A stretch of 64,000 bases of DNA from Pseudomonas sp. (GTDB taxonomy: Bacteria > Pseudomonadota > Gammaproteobacteria > Pseudomonadales > Pseudomonadaceae): positions 9,944 through 73,943 of the forward strand of contig JAVETP010000006.1 in NCBI GenBank assembly GCA_034006005.1, written 5' to 3'. The position numbers were made by a program, and so were the translations under genes. The stretch's first letter is position 1, and the number at the start of each line of letters is the position of its first letter. This document shows, piece after piece, positions 61,756-64,000 of the stretch. The notes under the pieces were generated by a model. That model worked only from the letters and a program-made list of their open reading frames with translations. It was not told the DNA's origin and did no database searches.

Positions 61756-62655
61756 GTGAATTCTCAATGGCTAAGTATCAAGATTGCCCTAGGATTTCTG
61801 GTCGGAGTCATTGCGCACCCGCTGGTCGCCGATGAGCTGCAACGTTGTGCTATGGATGATGCTGGCCAAGAGCTGTGTCTAGCGGCTCCAGCCCAGCGCA
61901 TCGCCACGTTATCACCTGGCGCGACGGAATTGACCTTCGCCGCTGGTGCCGGTGATCAGGTCGTGGCCGGTGTTAATCACAGTGACTACCCACCTACTGC
62001 TCTTAAACTACCTTTAGTGGGCAATCACACCCGCATTGATGTGGAAGCATTGCTGGCACTCAAGCCCGATCTGGTGGTGACTTGGGTCACAGGCAATCCA
62101 CCGGCACAGATGGAATTGCTAGAAGAGCTGGGTCTGCCAATGTTTGCCATCGAACCGCGCACCTTCGAAGGCGTTTCTAGCGCGATTGAACGCCTCTCTA
62201 CTTTGGCGGGCACAGAAACAGCAGGCTTTGCCGAAGCCGAACGTTTCCGCGCAGGTATGGCTGAAATTTCTGAGCAATACCGTCACGCTAAACCCATCTC
62301 CGTCTTCTATCAGGTCTGGGAAACACCCTTGATGACCATCAACAACGAACACTTGATCGGTAAAGTGCTGCAACTGTGCGGTGGTGTTAACGTGTTTGCT
62401 GATATGCCCCGTCTGGTGCCGCGAATCAGCCCTGAAGTTGTGCTCGAGGCTGATCCCGAAGTGATTCTGACTGGCAGTGTGGAAGGCGCCAGCGATCAAC
62501 AACTGGATCACTGGAAAAAGTATCCAAGAATGAGCGCGGTGGCTAAAAATAATTTATTTTTTGTGCCCTCATCACCCATCTCACGCCCGACACCGAGACT
62601 GCTGGAAGCCAGTCGAGATATTTGTCAGAAACTGGATATTGCCCGTGCACGCTAA
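61756..62655 (+). CDS. btuF: Cobalamin ABC transporter periplasmic binding protein
   Basis: RIATLSPGATEL, SDYP, EALLALKPDLV, VFYQVW, CGGVNVF, RPTPRL, second Cys near the C-terminus. Confidence 0.9.
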   Translation: MNSQWLSIKIALGFLVGVIAHPLVADELQRCAMDDAGQELCLAAPAQRIATLSPGATELTFAAGAGDQVVAGVNHSDYPPTALKLPLVGNHTRIDVEALLALKPDLVVTWVTGNPPAQMELLEELGLPMFAIEPRTFEGVSSAIERLSTLAGTETAGFAEAERFRAGMAEISEQYRHAKPISVFYQVWETPLMTINNEHLIGKVLQLCGGVNVFADMPRLVPRISPEVVLEADPEVILTGSVEGASDQQLDHWKKYPRMSAVAKNNLFFVPSSPISRPTPRLLEASRDICQKLDIARAR

Positions 62656-62688
62656 TACTCTAGGTGAAAAATTGCAGGCGACACTCTG

Positions 62689-63648
62689 ATGATTCGCTCC
62701 TTACTGGCGCTTAGCGTTATTGCTCTGCTGGCTGTGGCATTGGCTCTAGCGATCGGCAGTGTCACCATCTCACCTTCAGAACTCTGGGCGGTAATTCAAG
62801 ATCAAGGCAGTGTGCTGCATCAAACCCTAGTATGGGATCTGCGCCTGCCACGCACCCTAGCCGCATTTGCTACCGGTGGTTTATTGGCTGTGGCAGGTGC
62901 CCTGATGCAAGTGCTGCTGCGTAATCCGCTGGCTGATCCCTATGTGCTGGGTTTATCCGGCGGTGCGGCTGTGGGTGCATTGTTAGCCATGCTAGGCGGT
63001 ATGGGCGCGCTGATAATATCCGGCTCAGCTTTTGCAGGTGCCATGCTAGCCACGCTACTGGTATTTGGTCTGGCACACGGTACCGGCAGTTGGACGGCCT
63101 CGCGTCTGTTACTGACTGGCGTGGTGGTTGCCGCCGGTTGGGGCGCAGTGATTACCTTGATGCTGGCGCTGACACCCTCTTACAAACTGCCCGGCATGTT
63201 GTATTGGTTGATGGGCGATGTGTCCTACGCCCGCACACCCTGGCCAGCGCTGGTGGTACTGGCTTTAGCCGTGGTCGTGATTATGCCGCTCGCACGTAAT
63301 TTAAATGTATTGGCGCGTGGTTCCATGCAGGCCGCTGCACTGGGTGTCTCGGTGCGCCCACTGGAATGGACCATTTACCTACTCGCCAGCCTGCTGACTG
63401 CAACGGCAGTGACAACAGCAGGCAGCATCGGCTTTGTCGGTCTAATCGTGCCGCACATGCTGCGACTGGTGCTGGGTAACGATCAGCGCATTATTTTGCC
63501 AGCCAGTGCGTTGGCCGGTGGCACCTTGTTGGTACTGGCCGATACGCTAGCGCGCACAGTGATTGCGCCGGAGCAGCTACCCGTTGGCGTGATTACCGCA
63601 TTGCTCGGCGTGCCCACCTTTCTGTATTTACTGCACCGGAGCCGTTGA
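62689..63648 (+). CDS. btuC: Cobalamin ABC transporter permease (FecCD/BtuC)
   Basis: LRLPR, QVLLRNPLADPYVLG, GFVGLIVPH, LPVGVITALLG. Confidence 0.88.
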   Translation: MIRSLLALSVIALLAVALALAIGSVTISPSELWAVIQDQGSVLHQTLVWDLRLPRTLAAFATGGLLAVAGALMQVLLRNPLADPYVLGLSGGAAVGALLAMLGGMGALIISGSAFAGAMLATLLVFGLAHGTGSWTASRLLLTGVVVAAGWGAVITLMLALTPSYKLPGMLYWLMGDVSYARTPWPALVVLALAVVVIMPLARNLNVLARGSMQAAALGVSVRPLEWTIYLLASLLTATAVTTAGSIGFVGLIVPHMLRLVLGNDQRIILPASALAGGTLLVLADTLARTVIAPEQLPVGVITALLGVPTFLYLLHRSR

Positions 63649-64000
63649 TGAGCACACTGCATACCCGCGATCTGATCATCAACGTACCGAACCGCGCGGA
63701 CGGCTTTGCGCTGAATATGAGTATTGAATCCGGCCAAGTCTGGGGTGTACTCGGTCCCAATGGGGCCGGCAAAACCACCTTGTTGCATACATTGGCAGGA
63801 TTGCTGCCGGCGCGCAGCGGCCAAGTCATCTTGAACGACTCAGCGCTCACTGACTTAAAGCGCCGTGATATTGCCCGCCAGTTAGGCTTGGTATTTCAGG
63901 AACGCCAAGACAGTTTCCCAGCCACGGTATTGGAAACCGCGATGATCGGACGTCATCCGTGGTTATCGCCTTGGGAAAGTGAAAAAAACGAAGACCTGCA
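63648..64000 (+). CDS. btuD: ABC transporter ATP-binding protein (BtuD-like), cut by the window end
   Basis: TGATG overlap with btuC; MSTLHTRDL...GPNGAGKT Walker A...GRHPW; absent from the ORF track because no stop is in the window. Confidence 0.85.
   Translation, partial: MSTLHTRDLIINVPNRADGFALNMSIESGQVWGVLGPNGAGKTTLLHTLAGLLPARSGQVILNDSALTDLKRRDIARQLGLVFQERQDSFPATVLETAMIGRHPWLSPWESEKNEDL

Overview
A 64-kb bacterial chromosome segment. Gene content and protein sequences point to Pseudomonadaceae; GC looks moderate by eye, suggesting a Thiopseudomonas/Denitrificimonas-like lineage (inference only). The backbone is housekeeping: ligB, SAH riboswitch-ahcY-metF-rhlE, betT, rep, ftsY-ftsE-ftsX-rpoH, an M16 peptidase pair with rsmD, yhiI-rbbA-yhhJ, zapB-like/zapA/6S RNA/fau, ygfB-pepP-ubiH-ubiI, and a cobamide salvage/uptake cluster with a cobalamin riboswitch. 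Two patchy accessory zones are present. The first (~15.6-22.8 kb) has tandem Bcr/CflA pumps, an AT-rich islet encoding a small membrane protein plus a TerB-J-domain protein, and a pentapeptide-repeat protein. The second (~45-58 kb) has kdoO, a NifB/NifX-like protein, NUDIX, a stand-alone Schlafen/AlbA_2 domain, an unusual beta-repeat/TM/TerB-like/HhH protein, a TonB receptor with a Zur-type box, and an FMO. I saw no transposase, integrase, prophage, tRNA, rRNA or CRISPR array. The best candidates for something undescribed are the HhH multidomain protein with its Schlafen neighbour, the TerB-J islet, a probable btuB relic behind the cobalamin riboswitch, a structured leader before a DUF3360 gene, and several unexpected regulator boxes. 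All family calls rest on motif recognition by eye; no searches were run.
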